Shown here: piece by piece, positions 37,291-46,500 of the stretch
How the letters are laid out: each line of letters starts with the position of its first letter
Position numbering within the stretch: the stretch's first letter is position 1
Source: Minisyncoccota bacterium
GTDB lineage: Bacteria > Patescibacteriota > Minisyncoccia > Phycocordibacterales > JAQTLZ01
Direction: 5' to 3'
Assembly (NCBI GenBank): GCA_028711065.1
Contig: JAQTSY010000007.1
Location: forward strand, 1-50,872
Length of the DNA: 50,872 nt
Position numbers and translations under genes: made by a program
The notes under the pieces: generated by a model
Seen by the model: the letters and a program-made list of their open reading frames with translations, nothing else
What the model was told of the DNA's origin: nothing
Database searches by the model: none

Positions 37291-37695
37291 ATGATTCCTG
37301 CATATAAGAAGATTTTTAACTTTTTTGGCAAAGTCGAGGATCGTATTCGTTTTAATTTCAGCCGGCACCCAGTCCCTTATAGTTTAGTAGCCGGCGTATT
37401 CATTGTTCTTTTTTGGAAGGGGATTGAAGATACCGCAAGTCTTTTCCCAACGCTCACCGGCCCGTTTCTCATTCTTGTGAGTGTTCCGGTGCTTCTTCTG
37501 ACTGGTGTGTTTGTGTCTTTTTTCATTACCGATCGCGTCATTTTGTCAGGACTTAAAAAAGAAGAAAAAGTTGTTGCAGAGACGGAAGTTGAAGTAAAAC
37601 AGGAGGACATTCTCCTAAAAAAAGTAGTAGAGAGAATGGATCAAATTGATAAAGAAGTACGGCATTTAGACGAACATTTTCATAAACAAAAATAA
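37291..37695 (+). CDS. Hypothetical membrane protein with C-terminal coiled coil
   Basis: Two TMs then charged helix; TG-G-TATAAT 7 nt before ATG. Confidence 0.7.
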   Translation: MIPAYKKIFNFFGKVEDRIRFNFSRHPVPYSLVAGVFIVLFWKGIEDTASLFPTLTGPFLILVSVPVLLLTGVFVSFFITDRVILSGLKKEEKVVAETEVEVKQEDILLKKVVERMDQIDKEVRHLDEHFHKQK

Positions 37696-37696
37696 A

Positions 37697-38263
37697 ATGG
37701 AAAAACTATCTATATCAATCATATTGGGAACTGCCCGTGAAGGGCGAGACTCTGAAAAAGTAGCCCAATTTGTACTTCAAGAAGTGAAAAAGCGTTCTGA
37801 AATTGAGCCGGTATTTGTTGATATCAAAGATTACATTTCCGGAAAAACTTCTCGTCTTTCTGATGAACAGAGTGAGAAAAATAAAAAATGGCACGATATC
37901 GCAGAAAAGGCAGACGGATTTCTTTTTGTAATCCCAGAATACAACCACAGTTTCCCGGGAGAATTTAAAATGTTTATCGACACGCTTTTCAAGGAATATG
38001 CAAAAAAACCGGCGGCAATCTGCGGGGTTTCGAACGGGGCATTCGGAGGAACAAGAATGATCGATGCAGTGAGACCTGTATTAAGTTATCTTGGAATGAT
38101 TCCTGTTTCTCCCACTGTTCAGTTTATGAAAGTAAATGAACTTTTTGATACGAAAGGCGCCATCCTCGATGAGGCATATGGCAAAAAAGTTTCTGCAATG
38201 CTCGATGAACTTATCTGGTATACGAAAGCGATGAAAGAGGCGAGAAAAACAATAAAAAAATGA
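37697..38263 (+). CDS. NADPH-dependent FMN reductase
   Basis: ILGTAREGR, PEYNHSFPG, GVSNGAFGG. Confidence 0.9.
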   Translation: MEKLSISIILGTAREGRDSEKVAQFVLQEVKKRSEIEPVFVDIKDYISGKTSRLSDEQSEKNKKWHDIAEKADGFLFVIPEYNHSFPGEFKMFIDTLFKEYAKKPAAICGVSNGAFGGTRMIDAVRPVLSYLGMIPVSPTVQFMKVNELFDTKGAILDEAYGKKVSAMLDELIWYTKAMKEARKTIKK

Positions 38264-39156
38264 TATTCAAGAAAAAAATTAAAGCAGTAACACATAATGG
38301 ATTTTTTCATGCTGACGATGTTTTTTCGGCGGCACTTCTTCTCATTGTGCTCGGCGAAAATATTTCTTTCACTCGTACTCGTGATGAAAAGATAATTGCT
38401 GATGCGGACTACGCTTTTGATGTTGGGGGAGTGTATGATTCGACAAAAAATCGCTTTGATCACCATCAAACTGGAGGCGCAGGTAAAAGAGAGAATGGCA
38501 TTCCATACGCGGCCTTCGGACTTTTTTGGAAACAATGCGGAGAAAAAATGTGCGGGTCTCTGGGGGTTGCGGAAAAAATTGAAAAGAAATTAGTGATGCC
38601 GATCGATGCCAATGACGTTGGTGTTGATATTGTGAAGTCGATTTATCCCGAGATCTCCGCGTATACAGTGAACGATATCGTTTCCTCTTTCAGACCATCA
38701 TGGAAGGAAGATGACGATACTATGGACGCACGTTTTATGGAAGCAGTGAAGTGGGCAAAGGAAATTCTTTCTCGTGAAATTAAAAAAGCAAAAGATGCAG
38801 AGGAGGCGCAAATTTTTGTAGAGAAAGCGTATCAGCAAGCAAGCGACAAACGTCTCATTATTCTTTCCAGAAAATATCCATGGGGAGATACGCTTCGAAA
38901 GCATCCAGAACCGCTTTTTGTTGTCCAAGAAAATACTATTGATAATACTTGGCGCGCCTATGCGGTATCGAAAGATAAAAATACTTTTGAGAACAGGAAA
39001 AATTTCCCTGCAAACTGGGCTGGGAAAAGAGATGCGGAACTGGCTTCAATCACTGGAGTATCGGATGCAAAATTCTGCCACAACGGACTTTTTCTTGCCG
39101 TCGCAAAATCAAAAGAAGGAGCACTCAAACTTGCCGATATCGCTCTAAAAAGCTAG
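38260..39156 (+). CDS. MYG1 family exonuclease
   Basis: THNGFFHADD, RTRD, DVGG, RFDHHQ, IDAND, FCHNGLF. Confidence 0.93.
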   Translation: MIFKKKIKAVTHNGFFHADDVFSAALLLIVLGENISFTRTRDEKIIADADYAFDVGGVYDSTKNRFDHHQTGGAGKRENGIPYAAFGLFWKQCGEKMCGSLGVAEKIEKKLVMPIDANDVGVDIVKSIYPEISAYTVNDIVSSFRPSWKEDDDTMDARFMEAVKWAKEILSREIKKAKDAEEAQIFVEKAYQQASDKRLIILSRKYPWGDTLRKHPEPLFVVQENTIDNTWRAYAVSKDKNTFENRKNFPANWAGKRDAELASITGVSDAKFCHNGLFLAVAKSKEGALKLADIALKS

Positions 39157-39168
39157 GCTTGTAGCACT

Positions 39169-40275
39169 ATGGCCTTTATTGATGAGATAACTTTACATAT
39201 GAAAGCCGGAAAGGGCGGGGACGGCTACGTTGGCTGGCGCAATGAAAAAGGGCGCGAATTCGGCGGGCCTGCCGGAGGCAATGGCGGTCGCGGAGGCGAT
39301 GTGTATGTTCGGGGTGTTCGCGATTACACGATTCTTCTTAAATATCGAAATATAAAAGATTTTGCCGCGAAAAATGGACAGAATGGAATGGGTGGAAATG
39401 TGTGGGGGAAAAATGGTCAAGATTTGATTTTAGATGTACCGATTGGCTCGGTGCTTACCAATGAAACGACAGGAGAAAAATTTGAAGTTTTGAAAGAAGG
39501 CGAGCTTATTTTTCTTTTGAAGGGCGGAAAAGCAGGACTTGGAAATGCGGAATTTAAGGGTCCAAAGAATGTTGCACCGGAACAATTCACACTTGGGAAT
39601 GAAGGCGAGCGAGCGGATTTTTTCCTTGAGCTTCAGCTTGTCGTGGATCTCGGGTTTGTCGGATTTCCCAATGCTGGAAAATCTTCCCTTCTGAATGAGC
39701 TTACCCGAGCGCATGCAAAAGTCGCCGCGTATCAATTCACTACACTCGAGCCGAACTTAGGTGACTTGCATGGCTACATTCTTGCCGACATTCCCGGCCT
39801 TATTGAAGGCGCGTCAGAAGGAAAAGGGCTTGGATTCAAATTTTTACGACACGTGAATCGCACCAAAGCGATTTTGCATTTGGTTTCTCTTGAAAATGAA
39901 AATATTACAGAGGCGTATAAGACGATTCGAGGAGAACTCGCGACCTATAGCAAAGAACTTTCAGAAAAAAAGGAAATTTTACTTCTCACGAAGACTGATT
40001 TGGTAACACCGGCAGTTTTGAAAAAGAAAATCGCGGAAGCAAAGAAACTCAATAAACTCGTTTTCACACTTTCGATTATCGATGATAAATCAATAAAGGA
40101 ATTTAAAGATTCGCTCATAAAAATCCTGCGAGAACTTGAAAAAGAATCCGGCGAAAAGAAAAAATCGAAAAAGGGAAAAGATGAAGCTGTAGTATTTAAA
40201 ACAGACACAGCTCCAACCAAATTTCTCGAAGAACGTGCAGAAAGAGCAGCGAAGAAAATAAAAAGTAAAAAATAA
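39169..40275 (+). CDS. obgE: GTPase Obg
   Basis: Gly-rich Obg domain, GFPNAGKSS, YQFTTLEPNLG, DIPGLIEGA, TKTD. Confidence 0.96.
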   Translation: MAFIDEITLHMKAGKGGDGYVGWRNEKGREFGGPAGGNGGRGGDVYVRGVRDYTILLKYRNIKDFAAKNGQNGMGGNVWGKNGQDLILDVPIGSVLTNETTGEKFEVLKEGELIFLLKGGKAGLGNAEFKGPKNVAPEQFTLGNEGERADFFLELQLVVDLGFVGFPNAGKSSLLNELTRAHAKVAAYQFTTLEPNLGDLHGYILADIPGLIEGASEGKGLGFKFLRHVNRTKAILHLVSLENENITEAYKTIRGELATYSKELSEKKEILLLTKTDLVTPAVLKKKIAEAKKLNKLVFTLSIIDDKSIKEFKDSLIKILRELEKESGEKKKSKKGKDEAVVFKTDTAPTKFLEERAERAAKKIKSKK

Positions 40276-40298
40276 AGCGTGCCTAGCCGGCACGCTTT
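40274..40298. terminator. Bidirectional terminator
   Basis: AAAGCGTGCC-TAGCC-GGCACGCTTT between convergent genes. Confidence 0.75.
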
Positions 40299-40825
40299 TC
40301 CATCTCTCTTACTATCTGCTCTTCTACTTCTTTTCTTGCTTTCCTAATCGCCACGAGAGCTTGTTGGTACGAGTCTCTTGCTCGCACTTCGGCAATCCTT
40401 TCAATAATATCCGCCTCTCCCTCGTGGAAAAGGAATTGTCCTAAGTTATACTCTTTCCTTAGGGTATAGATGCGCGGACCTCCATATACAGCCACAGGCA
40501 TTACATCAATTATATGCCTGGTTTTGATAACTCGAAGCCAGGAGTGTGGACCTCCAGCTCTTTGGAATTTGCCGTCTTTCCAGACAGGGAAGCCAAATCG
40601 CCCGTCTCTTTTTTCCAGTTCATCAGAGGCAAATAAATCAGCGTGTAAATGGCACTGTCCATCTACCGCCCATGTTTTTGCTTCTGGGTGTCTTGCTAGC
40701 ATTTCCGTCGCCATTTTGACGAAGTAAAATGCTCCCATCGTCTCAACGGAGAAATGATTTCCAAACTGACTGACAGCTTTTGCGTAGGTAAAGTACTCGT
40801 CTACCACTCGCTCGATCGTCGTCAT
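40283..40825 (-). CDS. Orphan protein with possible transglutaminase/papain-like Cys-His-Asp triad
   Basis: GQCHLHA..HSWL..IIDV; start MTTIE at 40825 with GGGGAGG SD; promoter TTGACA-16-TACTAT (40867-40894). Confidence 0.6.
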   Translation of the reverse strand: MTTIERVVDEYFTYAKAVSQFGNHFSVETMGAFYFVKMATEMLARHPEAKTWAVDGQCHLHADLFASDELEKRDGRFGFPVWKDGKFQRAGGPHSWLRVIKTRHIIDVMPVAVYGGPRIYTLRKEYNLGQFLFHEGEADIIERIAEVRARDSYQQALVAIRKARKEVEEQIVREMEKRAG

Positions 40826-40938
40826 GACTCTTTTCCTCCCCTGTGGTTGGTTGAAAACTGTGCGTAATAGTAAACAGAAATATGTTTTTGTCAAATTAAA
40901 TGCAAAATTGAAATAATACGCTATAATGGCTGAATTGT

Positions 40939-42384
40939 ATGGAAAAAAAGTACTACACCACTGTTGGGCTTGAAGTGCATGCTGAACTCAAGACGCAGAC
41001 AAAAATGTTCTGCAATTCTAAGAACGATCCGGACGAAGAGCGCCCGAATGTGAATATCTGCCCTGTCTGTATGGGGCATCCGGGGACGCTTCCTGTCGTG
41101 AATAAAGAAGCGGTCAAACACGTTTTGAAAGTTGGTGTTGCTGTCGGCGGGGAACTCGCGGATTTCACTGAATTTGACCGTAAAAATTATTTCTATCCTG
41201 ATATTCCAAAAGGCTATCAGATTTCTCAATATAAATATCCGCTTGTTTCTGGCGGGGAACTTGCTGGGGTGAAATTGACTCGCGTGCATCTTGAAGAAGA
41301 TACGGGGACTTCAAAACACGAGGAGGGAGATTATTCACTTGTGGATTTCAATCGCGCAGGAGTGCCACTTATGGAACTTGTAACCGAACCAGTGATTCAT
41401 TCTGCTGAAGAAGCGACAAATTTCGCGAAAGAATTACAACTCCTTCTCCGCACACTTCATGCAGGTGAAGCGAATATGGAAAAAGGGGAGATGCGGGTGG
41501 AAGCAAACATTTCTGTATCGGATGATCCAGGAAAATTCGGCACGAAAGTTGAAGTGAAAAATCTCAACTCATTCCGTTCTGTTGGGCGAGCTATTGAATA
41601 CGAAGTTGAACGCCATATTCGGATGATTGAGAAGGGAGAAAAAATTGAGCAAGAAACACGTGGTTGGGACGAGACGAAAGAAACAACCTATTCGCAAAGA
41701 AAAAAAGAAGATTCGCACGATTATCGCTATTTTCCAGACCCAGATATTCCCAAACTTTGGATTTCTGAAGTCCCAGAATTCTCTCGCGAGAATTTAGCGA
41801 AAGAAATGCCTGAATTGCCGTGGATAAAGCGCGAGAAATATAAAAAATATAAACTTAAGCCTGAAGAAATCGAGGTTTCTTTACAGCATCCGACTCTCGG
41901 AGACTATATAGAGGAACTTTCTCGAGAATTTAAAGAAGATATCGAGCATGTAAGGCTTGCGGCGAACTATCTGTACTCTGATATTTTGGGAATTTTGAAA
42001 TCTGCGACTAAAGCGGGAGAGACTTTTGATTTTTCGAAATCAGAGAAGATGATAACACCGAAACAACTCGCAGAGATCACTAGAATGCTGAAATCGGGTG
42101 AAATTTCTTCTCGCGGAGCGAAAGATATCTTGGCAGTGATCATGAAAGAGGGCGGAGATCCAAAAAAGATTGCAGTCGATATGGGTTTGATACAGAAAAG
42201 CGACCCCGAAGCACTCAAAAAAATTATTGAGAAAATTATTGCCGATAATCCGAAAGCTGTTTCTGAATACAAAGCAGGCAAGCTTAATAATCTCCAATTT
42301 CTCATCGGTCAGGCGATGAAAGAGACAAAAGGCTCGGCAAATCCAGCGCTCCTCAAAGAACTTTTTGAAAAAGCTCTCGCGTAA
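40939..42384 (+). CDS. gatB: Asp/Glu-tRNA amidotransferase subunit B
   Basis: GLEVH, FDRKNYFYPDIPKGYQISQ, HLEED, NRAGVPLMEL, YRYFPDPD. Confidence 0.97.
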   Translation: MEKKYYTTVGLEVHAELKTQTKMFCNSKNDPDEERPNVNICPVCMGHPGTLPVVNKEAVKHVLKVGVAVGGELADFTEFDRKNYFYPDIPKGYQISQYKYPLVSGGELAGVKLTRVHLEEDTGTSKHEEGDYSLVDFNRAGVPLMELVTEPVIHSAEEATNFAKELQLLLRTLHAGEANMEKGEMRVEANISVSDDPGKFGTKVEVKNLNSFRSVGRAIEYEVERHIRMIEKGEKIEQETRGWDETKETTYSQRKKEDSHDYRYFPDPDIPKLWISEVPEFSRENLAKEMPELPWIKREKYKKYKLKPEEIEVSLQHPTLGDYIEELSREFKEDIEHVRLAANYLYSDILGILKSATKAGETFDFSKSEKMITPKQLAEITRMLKSGEISSRGAKDILAVIMKEGGDPKKIAVDMGLIQKSDPEALKKIIEKIIADNPKAVSEYKAGKLNNLQFLIGQAMKETKGSANPALLKELFEKALA

Positions 42385-42454
42385 GCGCGATTTCGCGTTT
42401 TCCCCAGCTCCTTTTTTCCCTCTCTGTTATACTAAATAGAGCAAGGTTTTCGTA

Positions 42455-43447
42455 ATGAAAACTATGAAGCGAATTTTTTCTCACACAAAAATCGTCGTCA
42501 GTGTTTTTTTTCTGCTCTCTTTTTTCTGCGCCGGTATTTTTCTTCCGACTCCAGGGCTTGCGATGTCCACTGAAAATTACCAGATTAACAATGACGTATT
42601 AAACGTCGGTGGAGGGTATTCCTCTTCGGATTTATATCAATTAGAAGACAGTATCGGCGATCCTCGTGAAGATATTATTATTGGAACGCATTCTATACCA
42701 GCAACTCCCACACCTCACGCACCAACTCCCACACCAAAACCAAGACGTATCGTTGTAAGGGCTGGAGGTGGCGGAGGCGGAGGAGGTGGGGGAAGATTAT
42801 CTATCCCCCCTTCATCTCTTTTGTCCAATGTTGCTTCCTCTGGTGGAGGGGGCGGTTGTGGCACCACCACTCAATCTGGCTCTTCTCCGTTTTCTCGAGT
42901 ACTTCAGGCAGGGAGTCAGGGTGCTGATGTTGTCGCTCTTCAAACATTTCTTGAAACCAAAAAGATTCTTGTTATGCCGGCGGGGACTTCGAAAGGATTT
43001 TTTGGAGGTCTGACGAAGCTTGCGTTAACACAGTATCAAAAGAGCATCGGCCTTCCTCCAGTAGGTATTTTTGGGCCACTTACAAGGGCACAAGTTGAGA
43101 AGGAATCTGTCTACGGAGGGAGTATTTCTGTTGCAATACCCTGTGTCACGCCTCTTCCTTCTATAAAATTATTTACTCGATTTATGGTTATGGGTGATAC
43201 TGGAGACGAAGTGAAGATGCTCCAAATATTTTTGAATAAACATGGGTTTCCAGTTGCTCTTTCCGGCGCCGGTTCTTTAGGAAAAGAAACTACGATTTTC
43301 GATCAGGCTACGAAAACTGCTCTCATGAAATTACAAGCGGCTCATTCGGCAGAGATTGTCGTCCCGCAAAATTTGCCGGGGCCAACAGGCATCTTTGGTG
43401 ACTATTCCAAAAAATACGCAAACGGAGTGTTGCTCAAGGGTCTCTAA
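42455..43447 (+). CDS. Secreted protein with two PG_binding_1-like domains and Pro/Gly linkers
   Basis: Signal peptide; LQAGSQGADVVALQTFL..GFFGGLTK..YQ..GIFGPLTR and MGDTGDEVKMLQIFLN; poly-Gly run. Confidence 0.85.
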   Translation: MKTMKRIFSHTKIVVSVFFLLSFFCAGIFLPTPGLAMSTENYQINNDVLNVGGGYSSSDLYQLEDSIGDPREDIIIGTHSIPATPTPHAPTPTPKPRRIVVRAGGGGGGGGGGRLSIPPSSLLSNVASSGGGGGCGTTTQSGSSPFSRVLQAGSQGADVVALQTFLETKKILVMPAGTSKGFFGGLTKLALTQYQKSIGLPPVGIFGPLTRAQVEKESVYGGSISVAIPCVTPLPSIKLFTRFMVMGDTGDEVKMLQIFLNKHGFPVALSGAGSLGKETTIFDQATKTALMKLQAAHSAEIVVPQNLPGPTGIFGDYSKKYANGVLLKGL

Positions 43448-43506
43448 AACCTAAAAAAAGAGTTATACACAGGGTTTTTTTGAAAGTTGATTTATAATTA
43501 TACCGA

Positions 43507-46500
43507 ATGAAATCAAGAACCTTTTCAAAAGCTGGTTCTCTTTTCTTAGCTTTCGCTCTTTTGGCAAAAGCGCTCCTTGACCGTATTCCTTTTTTTGGCG
43601 AGAAAGCAACTCCGCTCGCGAAAAAGGCGGATTTTCCGTTCGGGTTGGATATAAAAAATCTTCCGATTCAACAGTACACAAACACCTCTACATTTTCTGT
43701 ACGGGCTTTTCCAGAATCATCTCTTCCTCCCTCAACACTTCCTCCTTTCACCGCGAAGCTTTCCGCGCTTATCGGAAACACTTTTGAAAATATACTTTCC
43801 TTCACTGCCACTCCCGTTTACGCAACGGCGAATTTCAATAAAGAAATTAATTATCAAGCAAAGCTTCTGGATGCAAGCAGTACTCCTGTCGTGGACGGAA
43901 ATTATAATGTCCGATTCAGCCTGTACACTGCGCCTACCGGCGGCGAACCGATTTGGACAGAAAGTTGGTGCCAATCTCCTGATGGAGGGACAACGTGTGA
44001 TGGAACAGGGGATGATAATCGTGTTTCTGTTTCGGGTGGTTTATTTACGACTCGTCTCGGAAGTATTGCTTCTATCGAGAGCGTTGATTTCAATCAGGTG
44101 CTGTATCTCGGCGTTACCATTGGCGGTTCTGACACAATACCTACGTGGGATGTGGAAATGTCTCCGAGGAAAAAACTCACCGCTTCGGTCGCGTCTCTTG
44201 TGGGCGGAGGTTCAGAGCCTGGGGGGGCATGCGGTTCGTTTCAATTTAATAACAATGGCGATCTTGCTGGTGTTGGAAATTATGGAGTGTGTACTCATAG
44301 CGCTGCCATCGGTTTTTGCGCTGGCAATGGTGGCATCACAGGATTTGATAATATGGTTTTTGGTTCGAATGCCGCTGGTAACGAAGGCACATTCTCCGGA
44401 TGGAACAATGCTATTCTGGGCTCTTGCGCCGCATACTATGGCTTCACAGGTTCTTGTAACACTATCTTGGGCGCTTCAGCGGGCTTTTGCGGAGTAGCCG
44501 GATCTTGCAACTTTATTGCTGGAGTGAGAGCTTGGGGGGGAGATACAAATGGGACGACGGGATATAACAACTCTGTCATTGGTTATCAGGCTGGTTACTC
44601 TGGAGTATGTGGAAATAATAATTTTATCGGGGGTACGTCTGCTGGAGCAGGCTGGGTTTCAGGAAAGATCGGGAAAAATAGCGTAGCGATCGGTACTGAA
44701 GCCGGCTACTGCGGATTCGGCGGCGGGGGTTCTATGGGAGACAGTTTTTATTCCGGTGACAATAATGTGGCGATTGGATATCAGGCAGGTTACTACGGAG
44801 TCTTTGGCATTAACAACTCTATCCTCGGCGCCGGCGCTGGATATTGCGGAATATGTGGCAAGGGCAACACTATCATTGGCCGATACGCATGGGGTGGAGA
44901 TGAGACTGGACAAGGGGGCGGTGAAGGAAATGTGGTCATCGGAAATAAAGCTGGCTTCTGCGGGATTGATGGTTTCCACAATATCGTAGAAGGTTTTCAG
45001 GCCGGCTACTGCGGTCTCTGCGGTAATGGGAATGTTATTCTAGGAAATAAGGCATGGTCAGATGGTGCCTCAGCTGGTGGTCGAGGCAACCTTGTGTTCG
45101 GAAATCACGCAGGCACCGTTGGTGTTTGTGGCGACTATAACACGATCATCGGCCACTGCGCTGCCTATTCTGGTATCACCGGCGGAAATAACTTCATCGC
45201 TGGTACTTCCGCCGGCTATTCTGGTGTCTCTGGCCAAAACAATTTTGTCGGTGGCGCCTGTGCTGCGTATTACGGTCTTTCCGGTCAGGATAACTTTATC
45301 GGTGGTACTTGTGTGGCATTCTGTGGTCTTGGAGGTTCCAACAATATTATTAATGGTACACAGGCTTGGGCTGGCGCAAGCAACACTGTAGATGGCAGCC
45401 TCCCAAATAAGAATACTATCTCCTACCAATCTGGTACTGGTTACAGTGTGAATACAGTTTATAGCCTTGCCGATGGTAATGGTGATGCAAAAATTCTCGT
45501 TACCTCTATTGGATTTACGGGGGGCATTAATGATTTTATTGTTCTGAATGGTGGTTCAGGATATTCAGCGGACGATTACCACACTGTTATAGGGGGTGAC
45601 AATAATGCTTCGCTTAGCTTCACTCCTGTGTCTGCTTCTGCTCCCGGTGGCTCGAACATCGTACTCGGAACGCTCGCTGGCTATTGCGGACTTACCGGCG
45701 ACAGCAACACTATCCTTGGCCGGCAAGCCGCTTTTTGCGGAATCTGCGGGAGCAATAACTTTATCGGCGGAACTTCAGCGGGAGGAAATTGGGGAAGCGG
45801 AAGAGATGGTTCATTTAATACACTTATCGGATATCAGGCCGGGCTTTGCGGTCTGACAAATAGCGGATGCGAAGGTACCGCCATCGGAAATACTATTTTG
45901 GGTTATCAAGCAGTTGGGGACGGCGAAAGTGACATACAAGGTTCATACAATACGGTACTTGGAAGACAGGCCGGCTACTGCGGAGTGGGCGGATGGAATA
46001 ACTTTATTGGAGGTTCGTATGCATGGGGCGGAGATACAAGCTCGCATGTCGGTTCCGATAACGTTTCCCTTGGAACATACTCGGGATACTTCGGCGTTGG
46101 CGGATCCCAAAATATTCTCCTCGGATATCAGGCCGGCTACAATAGCGTTGACGGTTCATGGAACTCGGTCATCGGAGCGAGCGCCGGTTTTTGTGGAGTC
46201 TGCGGAGATAATAACTCGATCATGGGAACGTGTGCTGGAGGCGATTGGCAAGTCGGACGAAGAGGTTCGAACAACGTCATCATGGGAACGAATGCCGGAC
46301 TTTACGGTTTCGGTGGCGGAGCCGTGCAGGGCGAAAATGATTATAGTTTGAATTCAGGAGATCAAAACGTGGCGATCGGCGCATGCGCCGGTTACTTTGG
46401 AATTTCTGGTATCAACAACTTCGTTGGTGGTGCAGGCGCCGGCTATTGCGGAGTCTGCGGAAATGGAAATACGATTCTCGGACGCTTTGCGTGGGGAGGT

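Noticed and set aside
40905-40915. AAATTGAAATA, an 11-nt complement of the variant 16S tail, before gatB
   Set aside because: It lies upstream of the gatB -10 (40922-40927), so is probably not in the mRNA; AT-rich chance match and not seen at other starts.
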